NCBI GenBank assembly: GCA_030537595.1
Contig: JAUNVR010000007.1
Coordinates: 1,009 to 65,008 of the forward strand
DNA length: 64,000 bases
Direction: 5' to 3'
Source: Eubacteriales bacterium
Lineage (GTDB): Bacteria; Bacillota; Clostridia; Saccharofermentanales; DTU023
Made by a program: the position numbers and the translations under genes. Numbering within the stretch: the first letter of the stretch is position 1; each line of letters begins with the position of its first letter. Positions 1 through 8,294 of the stretch are shown piece by piece. Under the pieces are notes generated by a model, which was not told the origin of the DNA, did not search any database, and was given only the letters and a program-made list of their open reading frames with translations.

Positions 1-671
1 GCATCATCACGATTTGAAAGATAAACAGTATTCGCCTCAATGTGCTGAATCTCAAAGGCCAACCAAGTTAAATCAAAACCCTCTTGGTAGGTCTGCAAAT
101 GCTTGATCAAGCCTTGCATCGTCGCCATGATGCGCTTGTCCTCACTCAGGACTGCTTCGAGCTGCTGAGCATCAAAGGCTTCAACAAAGGCTGGATCCAG
201 ACAGAGGATTAAATCATCCTTCCGCGGTTTTAAAGCATACAAGTCTAAGTCTGGCAAGATTCTTGCAGTTAATTGACGCGGTGACCTCGGAGTTGGTTGC
301 AGACGAAATAGTTGCCCATCCCTTAAAAGATAGATGCCTTGCCGGCGATCTTGCCAAATCAGAATCAATTCCTCAGTCACCAACATTAACATGTCAGCCA
401 GAGGACGAGCCTGGGCAAGCTTAGTTAGAATTTCTGGCAATTTCAGATTTTGAGAGCGCCGCAAAAGTTCATGCCATTGTAACTCCAAGGCAGAAAAGGC
501 TGTCCTGCCGTAGCCTGCCAGCTGATCAGAAAGGGCTACAAGCATATGAGCCTTTTGCATTACAGGTACGACAAATGATTGCCCACCTTCTTCTGAATAT
601 AAACCAACTGAGCGCTTGTTTAAAAGAAGACTAACTCGTTCTAAGTCAGCCTCAGTTAAATGTGCGCTCAT
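1..671 (-). CDS. PP2C/PPM-like protein, C-terminus beyond window edge; function uncertain
   Basis: My own translation of the minus strand from ATG 671..669 stays open to position 1 (MSAHLTEADLERVSLLLNKRSVGLYSEEGGQSF...). It is absent from the supplied track because no stop lies in the window. Strings LVALSDQLAGYG, IYLLRDGQLFRL, DDLILCLDPAF and DLTWLAFEI line up by eye with PPM motifs of the canonical Stp at 58134..58883. Confidence 0.5.
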   Translation of the reverse strand, partial: MSAHLTEADLERVSLLLNKRSVGLYSEEGGQSFVVPVMQKAHMLVALSDQLAGYGRTAFSALELQWHELLRRSQNLKLPEILTKLAQARPLADMLMLVTEELILIWQDRRQGIYLLRDGQLFRLQPTPRSPRQLTARILPDLDLYALKPRKDDLILCLDPAFVEAFDAQQLEAVLSEDKRIMATMQGLIKHLQTYQEGFDLTWLAFEIQHIEANTVYLSNRDD

Positions 672-678
672 TGCCGCT

Positions 679-1230
679 CTAATCATTAACTGTCTCCTCT
701 TGCAACCATTCTCGCTTCAACAAAGCAAAGTAGTGCAAGTCTAAATACCTATCTGGGCGTCTCAGGGCTTCTACCATTATACCTTCTTTTCTGAAACCGA
801 GGCTAGCAATCAGTCTGAAGCTAGCTTCGTTGCCCTCCATCACCCGACAACTCACTCGATTTAAGGCTAAATCCTCGAATGCATAGCGGAATAAACTTTG
901 CGCAACCTCCTTGGCCAAACCACGTCCGCGATATTCCGGAAAGGCTATTAATAGCCCTAGTTCGGCAGTCAGATTATCGTAATCGATATCCTCAAAATTG
1001 GCTATACCTATGGTTTCTCCGCTCTTTAAGCGAATCGCCCAGGCCAAATTGCTTTGACCATCGGACCACTGAGAAAGCTCTGTCTCCAAGCTCTTTAAAT
1101 CGAAGTTTTTAAGCTCTGTTGGCAAGTAATAGTAAAGATTCTCAGCTCGCTCAAAAAAGGCTAGGAGAGTAATAATATCTTGCTCTGTAATTGCCGTTAG
1201 AAGACAGCGCTTTGTACTCAGTTGATCCAT
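679..1230 (-). CDS. GNAT-family N-acetyltransferase (RimJ/RimL-like)
   Basis: 183-aa ORF. It has an acetyl-CoA-binding-type segment FPEYRGRGLAKEVAQSLFRYAF and a C-terminal SLGFRKEG, typical of RimJ/RimL-like GNATs. Confidence 0.75.
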   Translation of the reverse strand: MDQLSTKRCLLTAITEQDIITLLAFFERAENLYYYLPTELKNFDLKSLETELSQWSDGQSNLAWAIRLKSGETIGIANFEDIDYDNLTAELGLLIAFPEYRGRGLAKEVAQSLFRYAFEDLALNRVSCRVMEGNEASFRLIASLGFRKEGIMVEALRRPDRYLDLHYFALLKREWLQEETVND

Positions 1231-1238
1231 GATAATTC

Positions 1239-2492
1239 TTATTTAACGTAATCTGTCGGTTCGCCTGCCTGCTCTAACTTTAGCTTGGCAAAGCGTGGAA
1301 GTGAATCTTTTCTCTTCAACTCAGGTTCACCCTGGATAAGAGGTAAGATGTAGTTCATAAACTCAGTCTTAATGCCGTTTCCAGCTTCATTAATCCACTC
1401 ATCAGGGAATGCCTTTTCAGCATTTGCAACATTAGCTAAGGGGAAATGCGTGTATTCAATTTCGTAATGGTCGAGAGCTTTTCTCTCGTAGCCAATCATG
1501 ATGTCGCTTTCTCCATTAAGGGCAGCTCTAACTGCTTCACGACCTGCTTCGTGAGCTTCCTCCACATCTGTTTTAGAAGCCAGATGGGCTGAGCAACGCT
1601 GCATCAAAGACAGCTCAATCGCTCTCACCTTGACCGCAAACTTAGCCTTAATTAAATCAGACAGGACCAGGGCTGCTCCACCTAACTGCTTGTGGCCAAA
1701 GGAATCCTGCTCTAAATCGCCACTCAACTCCGGTAAAAGCTTACCATCAACTGTTTTGCAGCCTTCAGAGATGGCGAGGAAGGCCTTGCCTTTTTCATTT
1801 AATGCGCGCTCGACATCTGCGAGACATTTGTCAAGATCAAAGGCTCGCTCAGGCAGGTAGATATAGTCCGGACCATAGCCCTCTTCAACTGCCAATTGCG
1901 CTGCTGCAGTCAACCAGCCAGCGTGACGACCCATAATTTCGACAACGGTCACCTGTGGGCTGTTGTAGACGTGGGCATCACAGTAAATCTCCATCAAAGT
2001 TGTACCGATATACTTTGCCGCTGAGGCATAACCTGGGCAGTGATCTGTTCCCATCAAATCATTGTCAATGGTCTTTGGCACACCAACAACCCGGCAGTCA
2101 TAGTCTTTGGCCGTTAAGAATTTTGAAATCTTATTGCAGGTATCCATCGAATCATTGCCGCCGTTATAGAAGAAGTAACGAATGTTGTACTTCTTAAAAA
2201 CTTCCAGCAAGCGCTCATAGTCACTCGCATCCTGCTCCGGGTTAGCCAGCTTGTAACGGCATGAACCGAGGAATGAGGAGGGGGTTTGACAGAGCAATTT
2301 CAGCTCTTCTTTGTCCTCCAGCCCGAGGTCATAGAAGTCCTCGTTAAGGACACCAACGATACCGTGGGCAGCGCCGTAGACCTTTTCAATATTTTCAGAA
2401 TGCTCCAAAGCCTCTAAAATCACGCCGGCTGCGCTGGCATTGATGACCGAGGTCGGGCCACCTGACTGTGCGAAAATTAAATTACCTTTCAT
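1239..2492 (-). CDS. pfp: 6-phosphofructokinase, probably PPi-dependent type
   Basis: 417 aa with PFK motifs GGPTSVINAS, YNGGNDSMD, VGVPKTIDNDL and EIMGRHAGW. Asp and Lys occupy the positions equivalent to E. coli PfkA G104 and G124. Confidence 0.8.
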   Translation of the reverse strand: MKGNLIFAQSGGPTSVINASAAGVILEALEHSENIEKVYGAAHGIVGVLNEDFYDLGLEDKEELKLLCQTPSSFLGSCRYKLANPEQDASDYERLLEVFKKYNIRYFFYNGGNDSMDTCNKISKFLTAKDYDCRVVGVPKTIDNDLMGTDHCPGYASAAKYIGTTLMEIYCDAHVYNSPQVTVVEIMGRHAGWLTAAAQLAVEEGYGPDYIYLPERAFDLDKCLADVERALNEKGKAFLAISEGCKTVDGKLLPELSGDLEQDSFGHKQLGGAALVLSDLIKAKFAVKVRAIELSLMQRCSAHLASKTDVEEAHEAGREAVRAALNGESDIMIGYERKALDHYEIEYTHFPLANVANAEKAFPDEWINEAGNGIKTEFMNYILPLIQGEPELKRKDSLPRFAKLKLEQAGEPTDYVK

Positions 2493-2587
2493 CTTTCAAC
2501 TCCTTAGATTTATCTGTCGAGCAGATTATTACTAGCTTATATCCTAAAAACAGTCAGCGCATATGTGCTGCTAACCGCTGTGGACTA

Positions 2588-3691
2588 TTACTCCCGGGGT
2601 AAGGCTTCATTCACCGGAAGCAGGATTTCCGGTTCTTTGAAGTATGGATTCTCAGGATTTGGGTTTGTTGGATCCCAGGCGGGGCCATCTGCCGGAACTT
2701 TAAGTCGATCTACACCCTTAGGTATTTCCGGATATGCCGAAGCATCTGCTAAGACAGAAACCGCTGTCCCGATTGGCAGGTTCTCATAAATAAACTTGGC
2801 CGCCTTATATGAAACTCTGATGCAACCATGGGAAACAGGCTTACCTAAATCATTCCAGTCGGATGGCTTAACTCCCAACTGCCCATTTTCTCCGTATGAC
2901 GGGACCGAATGAATTAAGATATTACCATTAACTTGACTACAATACATCCCGAAAGATCCGTCAAACATCAGTCCTTCTTCTCTTCTGTGGCCAATTTGCG
3001 TAGTGGCCAAAGGGGTCCAACCATCCTCTTCGCCTGTCGAACAAGCAAAGGCGCGTCGCAGCACTCTCTGCTCCGGATTACTATTGTCGTAAATTGCGAG
3101 AACCTGTTCCTTAATAAAAACGAGGATTCTGTACTGACCAGTACCGAGCTCCGGCTCAGGCTCTTGCATCGCTTTAATCCAATCGATTAAGCTCGGATAT
3201 TCAGATCTTTGCGGCCCATAAGCACCCTTACTAACCTTAAATCCTGCCTTTGTATCTTCATGGGGTAAGTCGTAAAAGGGCAAGGGATAAGTTTCACTTG
3301 CTTTTATCGGCTCGCTAGGGTCTAGGGCGAGCTCCTGCTCGGAATCCTTTGGCTCTACTTCAGCTGCTTTTTGATTGGCTTCTGAACTCTCTTTTTCTGC
3401 CCCATCCAGCTCATCAGCAAGTTCTTCTACCTGCTGAGCCGCCTCCGATGCCTCGTCTACTTCCTCTGCCTTAGCTAAGTTTAAGTTTTTAGCCGATTGC
3501 GCAATGCTTCTTAACTCCGCGTCGGAGAGGCTCTTTTTTGAAGTCGGAAGATAGTGTTCTAGTCCAATTACAAAAAGCAGGCCAAAGAGGACAAGGGCCA
3601 GAATAATGAAAATTGCCCGCCGTGAATTTTTCTTTTCAATCTGCGGGCGATTATTATCTTGATTAAATGCTGGTCCGGGACTACTGTCCAT
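2588..3691 (-). CDS. Membrane-anchored L,D-transpeptidase (YkuD domain)
   Basis: N-terminal TM helix (AIFIILALVLFGLLFVIGL), an acidic linker, and the C-terminal catalytic signature ILIHSVP...PVSHGCIRV. Confidence 0.8.
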   Translation of the reverse strand: MDSSPGPAFNQDNNRPQIEKKNSRRAIFIILALVLFGLLFVIGLEHYLPTSKKSLSDAELRSIAQSAKNLNLAKAEEVDEASEAAQQVEELADELDGAEKESSEANQKAAEVEPKDSEQELALDPSEPIKASETYPLPFYDLPHEDTKAGFKVSKGAYGPQRSEYPSLIDWIKAMQEPEPELGTGQYRILVFIKEQVLAIYDNSNPEQRVLRRAFACSTGEEDGWTPLATTQIGHRREEGLMFDGSFGMYCSQVNGNILIHSVPSYGENGQLGVKPSDWNDLGKPVSHGCIRVSYKAAKFIYENLPIGTAVSVLADASAYPEIPKGVDRLKVPADGPAWDPTNPNPENPYFKEPEILLPVNEALPRE

Positions 3692-3744
3692 ACTTTCCTC
3701 CGCACTTCAAAATCTCATTAAATTTTAGTATAGTATTTAGGCCT

Positions 3745-3773
3745 TGACAAGTTCAGCAAATGCCACGTATAAT
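3745..3773 (+). promoter_or_regulatory. Consensus sigma-A promoter for the tRNA cluster
   Basis: TTGACA (3745-3750), a 17-nt spacer, then TATAAT (3768-3773), about 37 nt upstream of tRNA-His. Confidence 0.7.
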
Positions 3774-3809
3774 GCAATTCGACTTTGCAGGTGCAGAGCG
3801 GACTTACAT

Positions 3810-3887
3810 GGTGGTATTAGCTCAGTTGGTTAGAGTGCCAGGTTGTGGCCCTGGAGGTCGTGGGTTCGATTCCCATATACCACCCCA
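3810..3887 (+). tRNA. tRNA-His (GUG)
   Basis: Hand-folded cloverleaf. Encoded G-1 at 3810, acceptor GTGGTAT/ATACCAC, anticodon stem CCAGG/CCTGG, loop TTGTGGC, T-loop TTCGATT, discriminator C and encoded CCA. Confidence 0.9.
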
Positions 3888-3892
3888 TATAC

Positions 3893-3967
3893 TGGGGTGT
3901 CGCCAAGCGGTAAGGCACCAGACTTTGACTCTGGCACGCGTAGGTTCGAATCCTGCCACCCCAGCCA
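3893..3967 (+). tRNA. tRNA-Gln (UUG)
   Basis: Acceptor TGGGGTG/CACCCCA, anticodon stem CCAGA/TCTGG, loop CTTTGAC, T-loop TTCGAAT and encoded GCCA tail. Closely resembles bacterial tRNA-Gln. Confidence 0.9.
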
Positions 3968-3970
3968 TTC

Positions 3971-4046
3971 GATCCAATAGCTCAGTCGGTAGAGCACTTG
4001 ACTTTTAATCAAGGGGTCCGGGGTTCGAACCCCCGTTGGATCACCA
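3971..4046 (+). tRNA. tRNA-Lys (UUU)
   Basis: Acceptor GATCCAA/TTGGATC, D-arm GCTCAGTCGGTAGAGC, anticodon stem CTTGA/TCAAG, loop CTTTTAA, T-loop TTCGAAC and encoded ACCA. Confidence 0.9.
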
Positions 4047-4080
4047 GAAGAGCCTTAGAACGAAAGTTCTAAGGCTCTTC
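4047..4080 (+). terminator. Terminator-like hairpin after the tRNA cluster
   Basis: Perfect 15-bp stem GAAGAGCCTTAGAAC/GTTCTAAGGCTCTTC with a GAAA tetraloop. The downstream TATATAC is only a weak U-tract. Confidence 0.6.
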
Positions 4081-4154
4081 TATATACTCCAAAATCTAAT
4101 CTTTCTCGAAACTATGCCGACGCCCTTTAGATTTAATTGACTTTTTGAATTGAG

Positions 4155-5180
4155 CTAACGGTAACGTAAGAGCTCATGGTCCAAAAGCCAGGCCTTTGTT
4201 TTAACTCCAGTCATAAAGCCTCGCAGCTCCCCGCCCTGACCCAGTACACGGTGACAAGGCAGAATTAGCATCAGTGGATTAGCACTGCAGGCAGCACCCA
4301 CCGCTCGACCATATTTGTTGGCCTCAGCGGGATCGACAATGCGTCTGGCGATTTCCTCGTATGTACAATATGATCCATAGGGAATTTTGGCCAACTCCTG
4401 CCAGACCTTGAGCTGAAACTCTCCCGCATCTACAGGTAGCTCATAAGGCAGATTAAAATCCTGCCGATTTCCACTTAAATATTCCGTAATCTCCGTTTCG
4501 ACCTGGCTCTGTAAAGGCTCTAAACGTCTACGTTGATCACAGTAGTTCGGCAGCAGCTGTATTTTCCCCGCTTGATTGAGTAGGCCCTGAGCTTCGAAGA
4601 TGGGCTGAAGCAGTTCCGGGCAGCTCTGCCCTTCCGCTAAGAGATAGAGGCCTGTGAGGGCGTCTGCTGAGCGATTGAAGCGCATGACAAGATACCACTC
4701 TCCCCGTCTAATGATTCTATTCTGCTCAGGATTAAAATTTTCCTTATAACTATGGTAAAGAAAACTGCCCTCTAGCGCTTTAAAAACCTTTGTCAATCCG
4801 TCTAGCTTTAAGCTAAAGGGGCTGTTGATAATTACTTCATTCAAACTCTGCTTGTAAATGAACTCAGCGAGAGCTGCTTCGACTTCAGCTTGCTTCGCTA
4901 GCTCTGATAGAAGCAAGATATCAATATAGGTCTGGGCTTTAAACAAACTGTTTGCGACTAGGAGCAATAAAATCTGCTGATCAGCTAAACTGAGTAGATA
5001 GATTTCACTTTCGGGATTATTGCGCAGGGCCCGACAGCGCGCCTTAAAGTCTTTGACCTTTAAGGCTCTGATGTCATTTCGCTGACTAAAGAACTTTAGT
5101 TTAGCAACTTTGTCCAGTGGGATTCTTTGGACCTGGTATCTATTGGCTCTCCCTCCGCCTGCGGTAACTCCTATACTCAT
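4155..5180 (-). CDS. ogt: Methylated-DNA--protein-cysteine methyltransferase (Ogt/MGMT) with ~170-aa N-terminal extension
   Basis: The C-terminal domain has the active site LILPCHRVLG and KVWQELAKIPYGSYCTYEEIA. I place the start at ATG 5180, preceded by GGAGG plus 6 nt. The track's longer ORF starts at 5234. Confidence 0.8.
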   Translation of the reverse strand: MSIGVTAGGGRANRYQVQRIPLDKVAKLKFFSQRNDIRALKVKDFKARCRALRNNPESEIYLLSLADQQILLLLVANSLFKAQTYIDILLLSELAKQAEVEAALAEFIYKQSLNEVIINSPFSLKLDGLTKVFKALEGSFLYHSYKENFNPEQNRIIRRGEWYLVMRFNRSADALTGLYLLAEGQSCPELLQPIFEAQGLLNQAGKIQLLPNYCDQRRRLEPLQSQVETEITEYLSGNRQDFNLPYELPVDAGEFQLKVWQELAKIPYGSYCTYEEIARRIVDPAEANKYGRAVGAACSANPLMLILPCHRVLGQGGELRGFMTGVKTKAWLLDHELLRYR

Positions 5181-5679
5181 ATTTGACCTCCGTCCCGCAC
5201 TCGCTCTGTCCGGAAAATTCGCGTGAGCACTCACTCAGCACGAAGTTTGGATTCTTATCTAAATCGGGGAAATACAGATCCGCCGCTTTTGAAACTTTGA
5301 CATATGTGACATCGAGCTGATCCAATTCAGGCAAAAGTTCATGGTATAAGGATGCTCCACCGAGTAAAAAGAACTCCTCTTCGAGATAAGCCTCTGCTCT
5401 TAATTTTTTAAGTTCAGCATGAAGTTCAGGAATCGAACGCAGGACAATGGCATCGCGATCTGGCCACTGCCCAGCTTCTATGCTTCGGCTCAGGATAATA
5501 TTTTTGCGATTTTTCAGGGGCCTAGCTCCAGGAAAAGTTTCCATTGTTTTACGACCGTAGATAACAACATGGCCTCGAGTCAGGCGAACAAAGCGCGCTA
5601 AATCATCCTTTAGGTAGAGGATTTGCTCCCCATCCTTACCAATACCCCAATTCTGATCAACTAAAACAATTGCTCTCAT
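5140..5679 (-). CDS. folA: Dihydrofolate reductase
   Basis: MRAIVLVDQNWGIGKDGEQILYLKDDLARFVRLTRGHVVIYGRKTMETFP plus LLGGASLYHELL match the DHFR pattern. It lies directly downstream of thyA. Confidence 0.85.
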   Translation of the reverse strand: MRAIVLVDQNWGIGKDGEQILYLKDDLARFVRLTRGHVVIYGRKTMETFPGARPLKNRKNIILSRSIEAGQWPDRDAIVLRSIPELHAELKKLRAEAYLEEEFFLLGGASLYHELLPELDQLDVTYVKVSKAADLYFPDLDKNPNFVLSECSREFSGQSECGTEVKYEYRSYRRRRESQ

Positions 5680-5693
5680 TTCGCTTCTTTTCT

Positions 5694-6527
5694 TTATATC
5701 GCAACTGGGAATCTAGGAATACCCGGCCCCGACTGATAGTTTTCCAAAGTAAAACTGTCCACGGTAAAATCATAAAAGTTCTTGATACTAGGGTCGAGCT
5801 TCAGCACCGGAGCAGGATACTCAGGCCGCTCTAAAAGTTCGCGAACTATGGCTTCATGCCGGTCGTAGATATGAGCATCCACAATTACATGAACCAGCTC
5901 CCCTACTTCCAGCTCTGAAACTTGAGCAAAAGCCATTAAAAGAGCAGCGTACTGCACCACATTCCAGCATGAGGCTGCCAATAAGTCCTGGCTACGTTGG
6001 TTTAAAATGCCGTTTAACTTGCCATCAATTACTGAAAGACTCAAAGAATAGGCGCAAGGATATAGAGCCATCTCGTGTAAGTCGGAAAAATTATACATAT
6101 GGCAAATCATGCGACGACTCTCAGGATCATTCTTGAGCTGCCAGAGGAGGTGATCAACTTGGTCTTTCTTACCTTCGGGAAACTGGTATTCCTGCCCCAA
6201 TTGATATCCATAGGCCTTACCAATGGTGCCGTCTTCTTTGGCCCAGGCATCCCAAACTTTAGAATCCAGCTCTGATAAACGATTAGACTTTTTCTGCCAA
6301 ATCCATAAAATTTCATCAATCGCCTTTTTATAGTTGAACTTTCGAATGGTCAAAATCGGAAATCCCTTGCTCAAATCATAGCGGTTAACGATCCCAAAAC
6401 TGCGAATTGTATAAGCGGGCTCACCGTCATCCCAGCGCGGTCGCACATTTAAAGGCGGAGCTTGGCGCATTCCACTCTGCAAAACCTGGCGACAGGTCTC
6501 TTTAAAAAGCTGATCAGCATGACTCAT
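5694..6527 (-). CDS. thyA: Thymidylate synthase (ThyA, B. subtilis ThyA/phage-like subfamily)
   Basis: 277 aa with catalytic Cys in ALYPCAYSLSLSV (no His after Cys, as I recall for B. subtilis ThyA), NQRSQDL, and the C-terminal FYDFTVDSFTLENYQSGP. Confidence 0.85.
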   Translation of the reverse strand: MSHADQLFKETCRQVLQSGMRQAPPLNVRPRWDDGEPAYTIRSFGIVNRYDLSKGFPILTIRKFNYKKAIDEILWIWQKKSNRLSELDSKVWDAWAKEDGTIGKAYGYQLGQEYQFPEGKKDQVDHLLWQLKNDPESRRMICHMYNFSDLHEMALYPCAYSLSLSVIDGKLNGILNQRSQDLLAASCWNVVQYAALLMAFAQVSELEVGELVHVIVDAHIYDRHEAIVRELLERPEYPAPVLKLDPSIKNFYDFTVDSFTLENYQSGPGIPRFPVAI

Positions 6528-6737
6528 AACTACCCTCCACTGCTTTAAAAGGATAAAGATCCGCTTAAAGCCTAAGTATATTTAGCCAGCAGTAGCCTAC
6601 TTAGCTGCTCCTAGCCCTAAAAGTTAAATCTAGAGTCTAAAATAGGCCAAAATCTTTGCCTAAAATTTAATCTCCTACTGCTTTAAAGCTTAAATGAACT
6701 GCAAAGCAAAGACAAGCAAGTTATACTAGGCGCAGGC

Positions 6738-6766
6738 TTGACAATGAAGGCGCTTTTTCATATGAT
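6738..6766 (+). promoter_or_regulatory. Sigma-A-type promoter for tRNA-Pro
   Basis: TTGACA (6738-6743), a 17-nt spacer, then TATGAT (6761-6766), 14 nt upstream of the tRNA. Confidence 0.65.
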
Positions 6767-6780
6767 TCATTATGGCCTAT

Positions 6781-6856
6781 CGGGGTGTGGCTCAGGTGGT
6801 AGAGCGCTTGGTTCGGGACCAAGAGGCCGGAGGTTCAAGTCCTCTCACTCCGACCA
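6781..6856 (+). tRNA. tRNA-Pro (CGG)
   Basis: Acceptor CGGGGTG/CACTCCG (C1-G72), anticodon stem CTTGG/CCAAG, loop TTCGGGA, T-loop TTCAAGT and encoded ACCA. Confidence 0.9.
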
Positions 6857-6861
6857 GAGGC

Positions 6862-6900
6862 AAAAGCCTTGAAACTAAAATGTTTCAAGGCTTTTGTTTT
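6862..6900 (+). terminator. Rho-independent terminator after tRNA-Pro
   Basis: 14-bp stem AAAAGCCTTGAAAC/GTTTCAAGGCTTTT, loop TAAAAT, followed by GTTTT. Confidence 0.8.
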
Positions 6901-6964
6901 GCTCAGACTATACCGGAGCTTAAGCTTTTGCAGACACTCTTGCACGCAAATTAATCCGGAAAAC

Positions 6965-7681
6965 TTACTCGAGTCTAATATCATCCTTAAAAGCTTCGAA
7001 TTTGGCAGCCTTAATCCCGGGCACTTGCATGATATCCTCTAGTCTTTTGAAGGGTCCGTGCTGCTCTCTATAGGCAATTATTTTCTTAGCAGTCGCTGCT
7101 CCCACCCCACTTAAGCGACAAAGTTCATCCTGAGTAGCTAGGTTTATATTTATTTTTTCTCTTTCTCCAGACGAAGGATTATCTCCTGAAAAGTTATTTT
7201 GGATTTCTTCTAGCCTCAGTTCCTCACCAAGACGGGGGATATAGATTTGCTGATGTGGGCTTAAAAGGCTCGCTAAATTAACCTTTCGACTATCCGCATC
7301 CTCTAGTAAACCACCTGCAGCAGCTACCACCTCGTTAATAATTGTCCCCTCTTTAACCTGGTAGACTCCAGGATTCAGGACAGCTCCCTCGAGGTGAATC
7401 GGGAAATACACTGCACTAGGCTCCTCAGCCGTAGCTTCCCCCTCAGGAGACTCAGTATTCACATCCTGCTTCATTCCGCCCTCGTCACCCTCTCCACTAC
7501 TGCTCAGATCCGTCTTTGACTCTGCTGCGATTAAAAAGAGCTCTTGGCTTTCACTTCGCCGTTCATAAATCAAAAATACTGAAAGGACGATGAGCAGTAT
7601 TACAAGCAGGAAGATTAGGCTTTTAATTTTTTCCTGATGCCTAAGATAAGTTCTTATTTTCGGATCTGCCGACATCTTCAA
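6965..7681 (-). CDS. comEA: ComEA-family DNA-binding protein (TM anchor + SLBB + helix-hairpin-helix)
   Basis: N-terminal TM helix (LIFLLVILLIVLSVFLIY), and a C-terminal tandem HhH INLATQDELCRLSGVGAATAKKIIAYREQHGPFKRLEDIMQVPGIKAAKFE. Confidence 0.8.
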   Translation of the reverse strand: MKMSADPKIRTYLRHQEKIKSLIFLLVILLIVLSVFLIYERRSESQELFLIAAESKTDLSSSGEGDEGGMKQDVNTESPEGEATAEEPSAVYFPIHLEGAVLNPGVYQVKEGTIINEVVAAAGGLLEDADSRKVNLASLLSPHQQIYIPRLGEELRLEEIQNNFSGDNPSSGEREKININLATQDELCRLSGVGAATAKKIIAYREQHGPFKRLEDIMQVPGIKAAKFEAFKDDIRLE

Positions 7682-7733
7682 ACCACCTTTATAAGATTTC
7701 TTTAGCTATCTTCTAAACTATCTTTAGGATAAG

Positions 7734-7756
7734 AAAAAAGCCGCAATAATTGCGGC
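7734..7756 (-). terminator. Rho-independent terminator after rsfS
   Basis: Read on the minus strand: GCCGCAA-TTA-TTGCGGC hairpin followed by TTTTTT. Confidence 0.7.
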
Positions 7757-7793
7757 TCAAAGCTAGTCAAAGCTTCCGAATTTAAGTCAAAAA

Positions 7794-8150
7794 CTAATTT
7801 TCAGGATCAATAAACTCAGAGATCGGCCTCTCCTGCCAAAGCTGTTCCAGCTTATAGTGGTCGCGCTCTTCAGGATGGAAGAGATGGACGACCACATTGC
7901 CGTAATCCATTAGCACCCAACGCCCCTCAGAAAAACCACTAATTTTCTTCGGTTCAAGCTCGAATTCCTTTGAGCAAAGCTCCACGATATCATCGGCCAA
8001 AGCCTTTACTTGAATTCTGGAGGCACCTGAGGCAACTACAAAATAATCTGCCAAGCTGGATTTTTGAGCTAAGTCGATAATCTCTAAATCGATTGCCTTC
8101 TTTTCATTAAGTTTTGCGTAAATTTTATCTTTTAGTAATTCGCTGTCCAC
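7794..8150 (-). CDS. rsfS: Ribosome silencing factor RsfS
   Basis: Iojap/RsfS pattern KKAIDLEIIDLAQKSSLADYFVVASGASRIQVKALADDI...WVLMDYGNVVVHLF. I prefer GTG 8150, preceded by GAGGAG plus 6 nt. The track ORF extends to 8186. Confidence 0.8.
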   Translation of the reverse strand: MDSELLKDKIYAKLNEKKAIDLEIIDLAQKSSLADYFVVASGASRIQVKALADDIVELCSKEFELEPKKISGFSEGRWVLMDYGNVVVHLFHPEERDHYKLEQLWQERPISEFIDPEN

Positions 8151-8294
8151 AGTTAACTCCTCTCGGATAGCTGGCATTCCTGCCATTTCTTATGCATATT
8201 CTAACATTAAATCTAAATTTAAGTAATTCAGCTAGCTTTGGCTTAAAGCTTAGCTTCATTTTGGGATTTTCAGGCCAAAGCTACCACTGCTCCA

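Noticed and set aside
2493-2587. Possible terminator or palindrome (CAGCGCATATGTGCTG) between the L,D-transpeptidase gene and pfp
   Set aside because: The palindrome centres on CATATG with mismatches and leaves no loop. The only alternative is a 5-bp stem, which is too weak to call.
3760-4012. 82-aa (+) and 60-aa (-) ORFs from the track
   Set aside because: They overlap the tRNA-His/Gln/Lys cluster. The open frames are a by-product of tRNA sequence.
6772-6954. 60-aa plus-strand ORF
   Set aside because: It covers tRNA-Pro and its terminator hairpin, so it is not coding.
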